This document shows positions 11,152-20,907 of a stretch of 64,000 bases of DNA, one piece after another (positions within the stretch are counted from its first letter, which is position 1; each line of letters begins with the position of its first letter). The stretch spans positions 372,001 through 436,000 of the forward strand of contig OW569378.1 in NCBI GenBank assembly GCA_937625935.1, written 5' to 3'. Origin of the DNA: Tetramitus jugosus. Taxonomy: Eukaryota > Protista > Heterolobosea. The notes beneath the pieces were generated by a model. It saw nothing but the letters and a program-made list of their open reading frames with translations, made no database searches and was not told where the DNA came from. The position numbers and the translations under genes were made by a program.

Positions 11152-12717
11152 ATGAAAACCAAACTAATCACAAGTATCCTCTTGGGTCTCATACTTTTCA
11201 CATGTTACGTTCAGGCTATGAGGCTGACGTCGCGGCCCTTGGTAAGGGGTCGATCCCTGAAACGAACATCTGCCAGCAACGATGTTGTGATTAAAGACCT
11301 TAAAATGTATGTGGATGGTAAGGAATTTATCATGAAGGCCATCGCCTATCAACCTGCTCCATTGGGTATTGCTTCCATGTCTCTATCAGGTTTCGGTGGT
11401 GGAGGCTTCTGTAGTGCCAAGAAGACTGCTTTCGGAGAGTACAAGAGTGCCTGCTTCGGTAGTGACTACTTTGATGGTGTGACATCAGATCCAAATAGAA
11501 CCCCTCCTGGCCCAACAGACTCAAAAGGCAAGTCCATCCCTTACTGGCAAGAAACATGGATTCGTGATTTTAAGAAGATGAAGGAGATGGGTGTCAACAC
11601 ATTGAGAATTTACAACATGGCTTTCGTTACAAAGCAATTCATTGAGTTGTATCCTGACGAGTATCAGGTCACTGACCCAGAGAGAGCGGCTGAACACTCT
11701 CAATTCGTTGACTTGGCCCATGAATATGGATTCAAGTTGATTTTACCCATCGTTCAAGATGAGAGTTTCCTTGGCTCTTCTACCAGTGCTCAAATTGACA
11801 AACACATTGAATCTACAGTAACTGAACTGGGAGATCACCCTGCTTTGATCATGTGGTGTTTGGGTAATGAGATGGGTGTGGACAAGAAGCCAACCCTATT
11901 GGACTTGGTGAACAAGAAGATGCAAGTCGTGAGAGACAAGATGAAGTCCATTCACAACAGAAGCGTTCCAATCACTCATGCTGTTGTGGACGACCCTTCT
12001 ACTTATGACTTTTTAATTGCAAACTTGAAGGTTGATGTTTTCACAACCAATGCTGGATACCGTGACATTCACATGGACCCATTGTGGGAAGGTGGTGAGG
12101 GTTCTTTCGAGGGATGGTCTGCAGCTTCCAAGACCCACAACTTGCCAATGTTTGTCGGTGAGTTCGGTATGCATCAAGAGGGAGATGAGATTACTCAAGC
12201 AAAGCCTGACTGGTTCAACCAACAATGGAAATCCATTGTTGATCACATTGACGACGGAACTATTGGTGGATGCTTCTTCGAGTACAGTGACGAATTGAAC
12301 AAGGACGGTATGCAAAAGAACATGGGTGCCATCAAGTTCAAACAAGCCACTGGATCGGATGGAAAAACTTCTGTAGACGTAGATTCTTGGATTTTGGACG
12401 AGATTGAAGAGAAGGAGTTCCTTTATGATTCGATTACAAAGGGATTGGACAACTCTTCTTTCAAGGCTTATAATTTCAATGCAAACGTGTTTACATTGCT
12501 CGGCAGAAAACAGTCAACCATCGATGGCGGCACAATTGACCCAACAACCTCTCCCAGCGTTTCTACTTCGACTGGAAGTCAACCAAGAGATTCCAGTGTG
12601 CCTCACGGTCATTCTACCACCACCACCAGCGCAGGTTCAACTTTGTTGAACAGCAGAACGAATGCTGTATTGTTGGTAGTCGTGTTAGCTGCGATGGCAC
12701 TCCTGTTGAGAATGTAA
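11152..12717 (+). CDS. Secreted, probably GPI-anchored clan GH-A glycoside hydrolase (GH72/Gas1-like architecture)
   Basis: Signal peptide; RDFKKMKEMGVNTLRIY; LGNE acid/base motif; VGEFG nucleophile motif; GGCFFEY; Ser/Thr-rich linker; hydrophobic C-terminus. Confidence 0.8.
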   Translation: MKTKLITSILLGLILFTCYVQAMRLTSRPLVRGRSLKRTSASNDVVIKDLKMYVDGKEFIMKAIAYQPAPLGIASMSLSGFGGGGFCSAKKTAFGEYKSACFGSDYFDGVTSDPNRTPPGPTDSKGKSIPYWQETWIRDFKKMKEMGVNTLRIYNMAFVTKQFIELYPDEYQVTDPERAAEHSQFVDLAHEYGFKLILPIVQDESFLGSSTSAQIDKHIESTVTELGDHPALIMWCLGNEMGVDKKPTLLDLVNKKMQVVRDKMKSIHNRSVPITHAVVDDPSTYDFLIANLKVDVFTTNAGYRDIHMDPLWEGGEGSFEGWSAASKTHNLPMFVGEFGMHQEGDEITQAKPDWFNQQWKSIVDHIDDGTIGGCFFEYSDELNKDGMQKNMGAIKFKQATGSDGKTSVDVDSWILDEIEEKEFLYDSITKGLDNSSFKAYNFNANVFTLLGRKQSTIDGGTIDPTTSPSVSTSTGSQPRDSSVPHGHSTTTTSAGSTLLNSRTNAVLLVVVLAAMALLLRM

Positions 12718-13243
12718 AGCTTGTGCCTCCAAGAGAGAAAACAAGAACAATAAGGCAGTGACATAGGAAGTGTCACCTGTCACTTGTAACAACAAAAAAA
12801 AAGAATTAGTAAATACAAAATTGAATCAAGTTGAACAACCAATATGGCTTCATAGGTGTAAACTTTAGGTTTTATTGTGTGCACATTGTAACATACTGTG
12901 AGAATCAACCTTAAAGCTTTCTTCCCCCTTCCACCACACGAACAAAGTCGTAGCTTTAGCATGACAAACATACAATGCAAAAACAAGACAAAGATGTTTC
13001 AAGAGCTTCAAAGTAGTAAGGTAAGTTGTATGTGTATTTAAATAATGGTGAGTGATGGTTGAGCAGCACCCGTCATAATGGTAATAGAATCATTATTGTC
13101 ATGATTATTTGTTATTGGTGTTGTTAAAAGGGTTTTGTTGTTGTTGTTCTTGTGTTCTTGTTCTTGTTGTTGTTGTGCAGAGAGAGAGTAGCTTTCAGAG
13201 AGAGAGAGAGAGGATAGAGGGGTGGAGAAAAAAAATATTGTAA

Positions 13244-14137
13244 TTATTGATTTCTGCACGTCTTTTTCTTCTTCTTAATGGCGGCAATTTCCTCTGCGGA
13301 TGCGAGCTTTTCTGGTTCAATCACAGCTGCAATCGCACTCTGAAACACCTCACCCAGACCAGTCTGTGTCTTGGCACTGCACTCTAGATACGCAATAGCT
13401 CCCACTTCCTTTGCCATTTTTTCACCTTCTTCCTTCTTGACAGCGTTGGTAACACTGGGGTCATCCCTCATATCAAGCTTATTACCTACAATGAGATATG
13501 GTGTCTCATGATGACAGTGTTGCTTAAGCTCTGCGACCCATTTGGTCTTAATGCGCTCAAAGCTGCTTCTGTCGGTCAAACTAAAGAACAATAAAAAGAC
13601 GTTGCAGTCTTGGTAGCTCAGAGGACGCATGGTATCTGTTTCGTTACCACTGGTGTCCCACAAGTTCAAATTAATTGTTTTACCATCATAGTTCTCAATG
13701 CTATATCGATATCATTCATATGATTATGTTTTTCATCAATCATCAAGAGCATCAGCACGATTTTTGGTTTTTTTCGTTGTTGTAAAGTTTTGTTGTTCGA
13801 CAAGAGTATTTTTTTTTGTAAAGTTTTGTTGTTGATTTTGGCGCCAATCGGCATGTACACAAAAGAGAGAGAAAAAGAAAATTTTGTGTGAGTACATTTT
13901 GTTGTATGGTTGAAAAAAAAAAGCAGTGTGTGTCGTGGTGAGCTCCAATTCACACATAAAAAAACAAAGTTGATGTTGTTGTTGTTTTGTCTTCTCATAC
14001 CTTCTAAAGTTATCAAAAGCAGTTGGCACATATTCATCAGGGAATTCATTTTCAGTGTACGACACTAGCACACATGTCTTTCCGACACCACTGTCCCCAA
14101 TATTTACACATTTGATATTTGAGAAATCTTTACTCAT
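13244..14137 (-). CDS. Atypical Rho/Rac-family GTPase, two exons (14137-14001, 13700-13244)
   Basis: [24 protein letters not shown], spliced in frame (GTATGA..ATATAG, intron 14000-13701) to [19 protein letters not shown]; RPLSY, VGNKLD, YLECSAK; polybasic tail plus CaaX-like CRNQ. Confidence 0.92.
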
Positions 14138-15086
14138 TGTTGTTGTTGATGTTGTTGTAGTATTGTACGAATAATAGTATTATTATTATATATATGATGT
14201 TGTTGTTGTTGGGATATATAGATGGATTCGGTTGGTAACAATCTATATACTAATTTTTTTGCTTGTTGTTGTTGAGAGTAAATGCTTTTGTTGTTTGTTT
14301 GGTATGACACTTCTCTCTCTTTTGATGAGTTTTGTTGTTTTTGGGTAATGAAAAAAAAGTGATGCGTGTGTTTGCTGTTGTTGATTTTGGGTGAGGGGCA
14401 AACTCTGGTGGGAAGGCTGGTGGTGTGGTGTTGCTTGCTGTTTCAACGTTGGTAGGGAGCGCTCGTTCTGTTTCCTATCAGTCCTTGTCAAGTTGACCTG
14501 TCAATGTCACCAGAGACATGTTCCCATTGTAAGGATTCATGAACATTCAACGAATCATGCCAAAAAAAAGACCGGCCATTTTCTGTCGGAACATGAAACC
14601 GGTGTCTCCTTTTGTATGCCCTTTGAAAGATATCTTGTTTGATGTTTTCCCATGGAACACGTTGCCATGTGGAGGTACTCAATTATTGCCACCTTTCATA
14701 TGCTGAGCCAACATCATCGATTGGGTCACTTTTTCTGTACTGCGTTGGTTTCTTGTCAAATGTCAATAGCCGGGCTTTGGTCTACGATTTAGTGGCTAAA
14801 AATTATCTCTCGGAGAATTCATTGAGCTCCATGTGAAAACCTTGACTGTTTACCAGCTTGAAAAAACAAGTGAGTCGATGATCCAAGATCATCTCAAGTG
14901 GAGAGAAGAAAGCAAGTGTTCTTCTCTGCAAGAAAACTGTCAACCAAGTTCTCCTTCGGTTCGGCACAGAACGCAACAAGTCGAATTTGCTGTGTCACTC
15001 CTCCGAAACTTGCAAGAGAAACAACTCAAAAAAAAACAATGATCCCACAACATACGTAAGCACACACAGAAATCAAAGAAAAAATC

Positions 15087-17767
15087 ATGTGCATCCACGA
15101 ACAACAATTATCCAATCAAAAGCTTCGTGAGGCATTCTCCAGCACAAACAACTCTATTGCTCGCATGAGTGAGACCGTGATGCTCAATCTCAAGCACTTT
15201 ACTGCACAAGATCCACTTGTAGAGTGCAGTGAACATGCAGCTTATGATCAATTCTTGCATTATGCTAATGAAGCATGGTGGCCCTTTCACATGTTGTTAC
15301 TAACAACATCCACTGATCAACAAAAACAAGAGCAGATCGGTAGCTCTAATCACGAAAGTGAAAATGATGATCAGCTAAAAAGAAATGAAAAAATGGTCAA
15401 TGAGATTGAGAATGAAATTGAAAAAGTTTTGTTTCATGTCTTGTTGAATAAGCAAAGATTGAGTTCTCATGTCTACATGAGCAAATGTTGTTTGTTGTTG
15501 TTGGGTCTGTACGCACAACGCGAATCACTCTTTGTGGAGAAGCAACATAAGCAGCGACAGCAGAATTCTGTTGACCAGTTTTTTGTCTTGTTGGATAGTG
15601 TGTTGATACCGTTGGCGATGAATCAACAATACACTGCGAGCGATGGAGAATTGACTTTTTTGCATGATCAAGATGAATTGTTGGTGAGAATTGCGTCGAT
15701 TCATTCGTTGGCGTTGATGGCCAATCATCGATCGGCTGCTGCTTGGATGATTCAAGAGAAGAATGTGATCTCAACAGTGATTTTCACTGGTGTATGTCAC
15801 AATAATCTATACGTGAGACATGCTGCTGCTGATTTGTTTGTGAGACTTGTTTATTTGAATCATTCTTGCTTGTTGTTGTCATCGGAAGCAACTGTAGATG
15901 GGCAAGAAGCGGAAGAGCATGCCATCTTGAAGGATGAAGTGGTGAGAAGAGAGTTGATCGATCGGTTGTACAGTGAACACAAGGTGGAATTTTTTGATTT
16001 TGTGTTAACTCTGATGCAGTACGCATTTGAGAGAAGAAGAGTCAGAGATGATGATTTATTGCATGTACAATTGAATCGCTTGTCATTGGAGAATGATGAT
16101 AGGATGACTGTCGCACAAGTACTACAGAACTTTATTATACAACATAGATTGATGGATAGAGTATTAGAAACAATGAGAGGGAGCTTGACGAATCATGAAG
16201 AATTATCCAAGGCAGGTGATGTGCTCATCTTTTTGTCGGGTTCTCGTTTATTGTCGGGCGAGAGTGCTATGAGTCTACTTGGGACTGATAGTTCTTTTGT
16301 TTTGAGTTCGTTCTTGAACTCTCTGTTGAGTTTTGATGAATATACAGTTGATCTAGCTTGTCGAGTGATATCTTCTTTGGACCCAAGTGTATGGAGAGTC
16401 AGTGAGCAGCAACAGAACCGCAATTACGCTTTGATACAAGTATTATTTGAAGATGTACAGGCGCTACTGATCATATCAATCGTGGATATCAAAGACAACG
16501 ATTTTGTAGAAAGTTTAAAGTCATTGAATAGTCGCAAGAAGTTGAAGCTGATAAACTTGCTTCTGAAAAGTTTGTGTGACCTAATCGTAGACACCAAAGC
16601 AGCAGCTCACTGTAGTCACATCTATCACTTTTTGATGGCAGTTCTGCAAGAGTATGAGCCGTTGCATTCATCTGTATCAGTCGTGGTCTATCGGCTGTTA
16701 AAGCATTTTCTTAATGTTCGAGAATATGTTGTCGATGCACAAAATTCGCACTTGAAACAACTCAAGGAGCACATGTTTACTAGATTCTCTTCCAGTAATC
16801 ATGCCACGACATTTACACTGATTGGTCAGTGTTTGCCACTGATGTGTCACAATGACATCGAGCAGTACTGTACAGTATTAACTGAACGGTTATTCGATTA
16901 TAGTTGGGAGATACGTGATTCATGCTTGTGCATTCTCGATCATTTGATCCAAACGAGAAACAGTCACAGCCAGATCGAAAAGATTGTTCAAATTCTATTG
17001 ACTTCCAAGTGGCACAATCAATATATCCAAGATATTGTTGTGAAAAAGTTGAGTGATTCACAACAATTTGTTCGGTTGTCTGCCATGACACTGCTTCGAA
17101 CAATGTTGCACAACAATCTATACACTGGTGATAAGATGGTTGCTTTTACTACTTCTGCTCAGATTATCGTCGATTCTGAGTTCTCGATCCGTAAGAGTAT
17201 TTTGAAAGCGTTTGAGCACTGGTCCAGGGATGGCATTTTGCCCTCATTAGATAACCTGCTCTCTCACCAGATGTTTGTAACTCACATGAAGGCTGGTGTA
17301 TCCAAAATCTTTAACGAGTTCGATTTCGAGTCCATGTATTACGTTCTAGTGTTTGCACACCAGCTATGCGAGTCAAATCAGACGAGTTCATCATCATCAT
17401 TAATTGAATTGATAATCACGACCAACATTTATGATATACTTTATGAATGTGTAAGTACTGTGTTCTATTTGTTATTGACTATGTGAAACTCGAATGTTTA
17501 TTTAATCTATTTCTTGCTTAGGTTTCGAACTGCTCAGTCGACAGAACCCAAAAGTTAGCAATCAGCATATCAGAGACACTCATGGATCTCTATCGGGAAC
17601 GTGGAGCCATTCCTAGTCAATTCCTGGACAAGCTTAACCAATTAATCACAGAGACAACAACTGTTGTGACTCAAGAAGTACAGGAGAACCAATTGCAAGG
17701 CACGAGCCAATTGATGGACATTGTGGACTTTTTCAAATTTGATCAAGAGGGCTATGACTGCTACTGA
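15087..17767 (+). CDS. BRAT1: BRAT1-like HEAT-repeat protein, two exons (intron 17451-17521)
   Basis: DYSWEIRDS resembles BRAT1 WEVRDS. A GTAAGT..TTAG intron joins in frame to an exon ending in DCY*, the BRAT1 C-terminal signature. Confidence 0.75.
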
Positions 17768-17903
17768 TCCAGATTGAGGTCTACCACCAACCAATCATTG
17801 TAAAAACTTCTTCTCCTTTGAGACATTCAAATGACTCTATAACCGACGAAAAGAAACCTGAACAAAAAGGAAATACTTCAAATTCCATCAAAAAACAACA
17901 AAC

Positions 17904-18527
17904 ATGAACACTCATAACACCATTGGTGGTCGTCAACTCATGGCTGATGATGACTTTCCAGATGTCATGAGTTTTATCAGTGCCATTCAAAAACAACAAC
18001 AGCACCAACAACCATCACCATCAGTAGCAACACAACAACAATCGATGCCAACACAAACAACAGCAACAACGACTACACAAGCGATCGCATGGCTATTGAA
18101 ACATTACTTGATTGAAGTACCGGTCAACCATGTGACTCATTGGTTATTTCACCTGTTTGATCACCATAACAAGAAGAGTGGTGATTTCATCATGTCATCC
18201 ATCAATCATAATGACTATTATCAGAGAGAAGAAATGATCTCTCGAGCCATACTCATTGAATTTTTCATGTTGTGCGTGTTTGTGAGCTTGATTATTGTTG
18301 CGTGGCGACATTATTATCCATGGATACAGGATTTGTTGCTTCAGATACAACCGACAACATCATCAGCGGAAACGGCGGCAGCATCTACCGTAGATGAAAA
18401 TTCTACGACAGAAGAAAATTTTGATCAAAAACAGCAGGTGCCGATGAATGATGGTAGCTCTTCTATTGATTGTGATGAAGATCAAGAAGAGGAAGAGAAT
18501 AGTGACAAGGAAGATGACCGTGCTTGA
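17904..18527 (+). CDS. Hypothetical single-pass membrane protein
   Basis: 207-aa ORF with one hydrophobic segment (AILIEFFMLCVFVSLIIVAW) and an acidic tail. Confidence 0.6.
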   Translation: MNTHNTIGGRQLMADDDFPDVMSFISAIQKQQQHQQPSPSVATQQQSMPTQTTATTTTQAIAWLLKHYLIEVPVNHVTHWLFHLFDHHNKKSGDFIMSSINHNDYYQREEMISRAILIEFFMLCVFVSLIIVAWRHYYPWIQDLLLQIQPTTSSAETAAASTVDENSTTEENFDQKQQVPMNDGSSSIDCDEDQEEEENSDKEDDRA

Positions 18528-18667
18528 GAGTTTTTACCATTTAAGCTTCCAGAAGCTCAGACTCAACCGCGTGCGCACAAAAAATTTCATGTGTGGGATC
18601 GGAAACACAAAATCCTCCAAAACACACAAGCATACCCAACCTTGTCTCCAACCAACTCTGCTCGTAC

Positions 18668-19696
18668 ATGAATAGGTTTTATTCCAAGTTGTTCATCAGC
18701 AACAACAACAAGATCAACAAACAACTGTTGTCGGTAACAAAGAGAAACATCACATGTGTATCCACATGTCAATACAAGATTACCCATTCTTCCTCGTCAG
18801 TTCTCAACCATCGGAGCAAATGGGAACTGGTCAATGAAATTCTCTTCTCTCGCGGCATACTCAACAAGGATCAAGTCATTATGGACCCAGAAATCATTCA
18901 TGTGGATCATTTGAAACGAGTGCACGACAGTGACTATGTCGACTCGTTTTTGAATGATAAGATGGATATTCAAATGTTGAAAAAGATTGGTCTCGGTGTG
19001 TCTTCGTCAACGGGAACAATTGGAAAAGATGTGTATGATCGAGTGATGCATGTCATTGGAGCAACGTTGCAAGCAAGTCGAATCTCACTGGAAAATGCCG
19101 ATGGTAGGGCAGCCAATTTGTCCGGTGGTGCACATCATGCATTCCGTAGCTATGGCAGTGGTTATTGTGTGTTTAATGATATTGTGGTGGCGGGTGAAGC
19201 GCTGATAAGCGAAGGCAAGATTGAACGATATTTAGTGGTTGATCTGGATGTTCATCAGGGTGATGGAACAGCAGCCATGCTCGAAGGCAACCCAAATGCC
19301 TTTACGTTTTCAATGCACTGTGAAAAAAATTTTCCAATGGTGAAGAAGAAGAGCAGTTGGGATGTTGCTCTGCCTGAATTTACTGGCGATGAACAGTATT
19401 TGTCCACTTTGGACAAGTGCTTGAAACACATGCTCAAAAACCGAAACAAATCTTTTAATTATGACTTTGTGTTTTATCAGTCTGGTGTGGATGTGTTATC
19501 AGGTGATGGACTCGGTAGATTGTCTTTGACCATGGAGGGTATTCGGCAGAGAGATGAATTGGTGTCACAATTCATTGCTCAGAGTTCATGTCCTGTTACG
19601 GTGGTCATGGGTGGAGGATATCCAAAGGGAGATCACACTGCCCATGTAGTGGCCACAGCACATGCACAAACCATTGAGATGATGAATAGATATTGA
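18668..19696 (+). CDS. Zn-dependent histone-deacetylase-family deacylase (HDAC11/AcuC-like)
   Basis: GGAHHA, GYCVFND, DLDVHQGDG, DVLSGD and GGGY motifs all intact; first ATG at 18668. Confidence 0.92.
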   Translation: MNRFYSKLFISNNNKINKQLLSVTKRNITCVSTCQYKITHSSSSVLNHRSKWELVNEILFSRGILNKDQVIMDPEIIHVDHLKRVHDSDYVDSFLNDKMDIQMLKKIGLGVSSSTGTIGKDVYDRVMHVIGATLQASRISLENADGRAANLSGGAHHAFRSYGSGYCVFNDIVVAGEALISEGKIERYLVVDLDVHQGDGTAAMLEGNPNAFTFSMHCEKNFPMVKKKSSWDVALPEFTGDEQYLSTLDKCLKHMLKNRNKSFNYDFVFYQSGVDVLSGDGLGRLSLTMEGIRQRDELVSQFIAQSSCPVTVVMGGGYPKGDHTAHVVATAHAQTIEMMNRY

Positions 19697-19714
19697 TTAC
19701 GAGATATTCAAATA

Positions 19715-20719
19715 TTATTTATTAATCACATATTCAACAAGGTAGGGACGATGATCAGAGGCTTCTGTCACTGGAACAGATGCACGCACACAAGTCATCT
19801 TGTTGTTGAATTCACGTGGGAGCCACAATAGCTGATAATCAATTCTCTCATAGGGCTTCTGGCTGTTGAATGTGAAGCCATCAGATGCTTTACCTGATCC
19901 ACACATTTCCCACGTATCAATCATATTTGCCTCGTGCAATAAAATTTGAACTGCTTCACTGCTTGGCTCTGCATTGAAATCTCCACTGACAATAATTGGG
20001 ATGTTTGTCTCTTGGAGTGGAACGACAAGTCGATGTGCGAGCTGTCTGGCTTCCTCGGCTTGAACACCTTGCAGACCCAGATGAGTTGTCACGTACCAAA
20101 TGAACAGTGGTTCTTCAGCTTGCAACTGCACTCGAACAGCAAGAGCACCCTGGCAGAAATCATCGGGAGCATACTTGGCACAACGTTCGTCGTCACGAGA
20201 GCGACGATAGCTACGAAGTCCACCTGCTGATGAAGGCTTCTCATACTGCAGCATTCTGTGCTCAACAATAGGTAATCTACTCATGATTCCAATACCATAG
20301 GCACCACCTTGAAATGGTCTAAACTTTGCAAATTGAAAGTGAGGCATCTTTGTGGCAGAAGCCAACAGAGCAATCTGATCATCACCTGGATGTCTCTGTG
20401 TCATGTTGTCCACTTCTTGCAACGACACGAGTTCAAGCTCACCATGTACACTGGGAGAGGATGACTCACTAATCCTATTGATCGTATCGGCTTGTCTTGT
20501 CAGATTGTACACGTGATCAAATCCAGAGCCACTCTGGATGTTGTAGCTCATGATTCTAAAGGAATAAGGAGAGGCCGCACTGGCCGTGGAAGAAGGGCAA
20601 CACAACAGCAAAAGGGATGGTAGTAGCATGGTCAGTACGCTGCAGATTACAAGCCTCGACATTGCATGACTGGCCATTCTGGATGTGTGAGACATTGGGT
20701 GGGATTTTCTTTTTGTCAA
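19715..20719 (-). CDS. Secreted endonuclease/exonuclease/phosphatase (EEP) family hydrolase
   Basis: Hydrophobic signal region; MSYNI, LQEVD, THL, GDFN, RIDY and SDH motifs. Confidence 0.9.
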   Translation of the reverse strand: MTKRKSHPMSHTSRMASHAMSRLVICSVLTMLLPSLLLLCCPSSTASAASPYSFRIMSYNIQSGSGFDHVYNLTRQADTINRISESSSPSVHGELELVSLQEVDNMTQRHPGDDQIALLASATKMPHFQFAKFRPFQGGAYGIGIMSRLPIVEHRMLQYEKPSSAGGLRSYRRSRDDERCAKYAPDDFCQGALAVRVQLQAEEPLFIWYVTTHLGLQGVQAEEARQLAHRLVVPLQETNIPIIVSGDFNAEPSSEAVQILLHEANMIDTWEMCGSGKASDGFTFNSQKPYERIDYQLLWLPREFNNKMTCVRASVPVTEASDHRPYLVEYVINK

Positions 20720-20907
20720 GACCGTTTTGGTCGGGTTGGAGAAATGCTATTCCCCGTCTTCTCTTCCCCGACTAGAAGGTGAAGCTTCGGATATTTAAAA
20801 AATTGTAACCTGTCTCGCTGCAACCATTTCTTTGGGGGGCTTGCTGCCCAACACCCAATCGCAAACATCATCCCCATTCAAAAAAAGCTTTAAAGACCCT
20901 GATAATC

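Noticed and set aside
14243-15042. Several short ORFs between the Rho and BRAT1-like genes
   Set aside because: Low-complexity divergent promoter/UTR region with no coherent coding signal.
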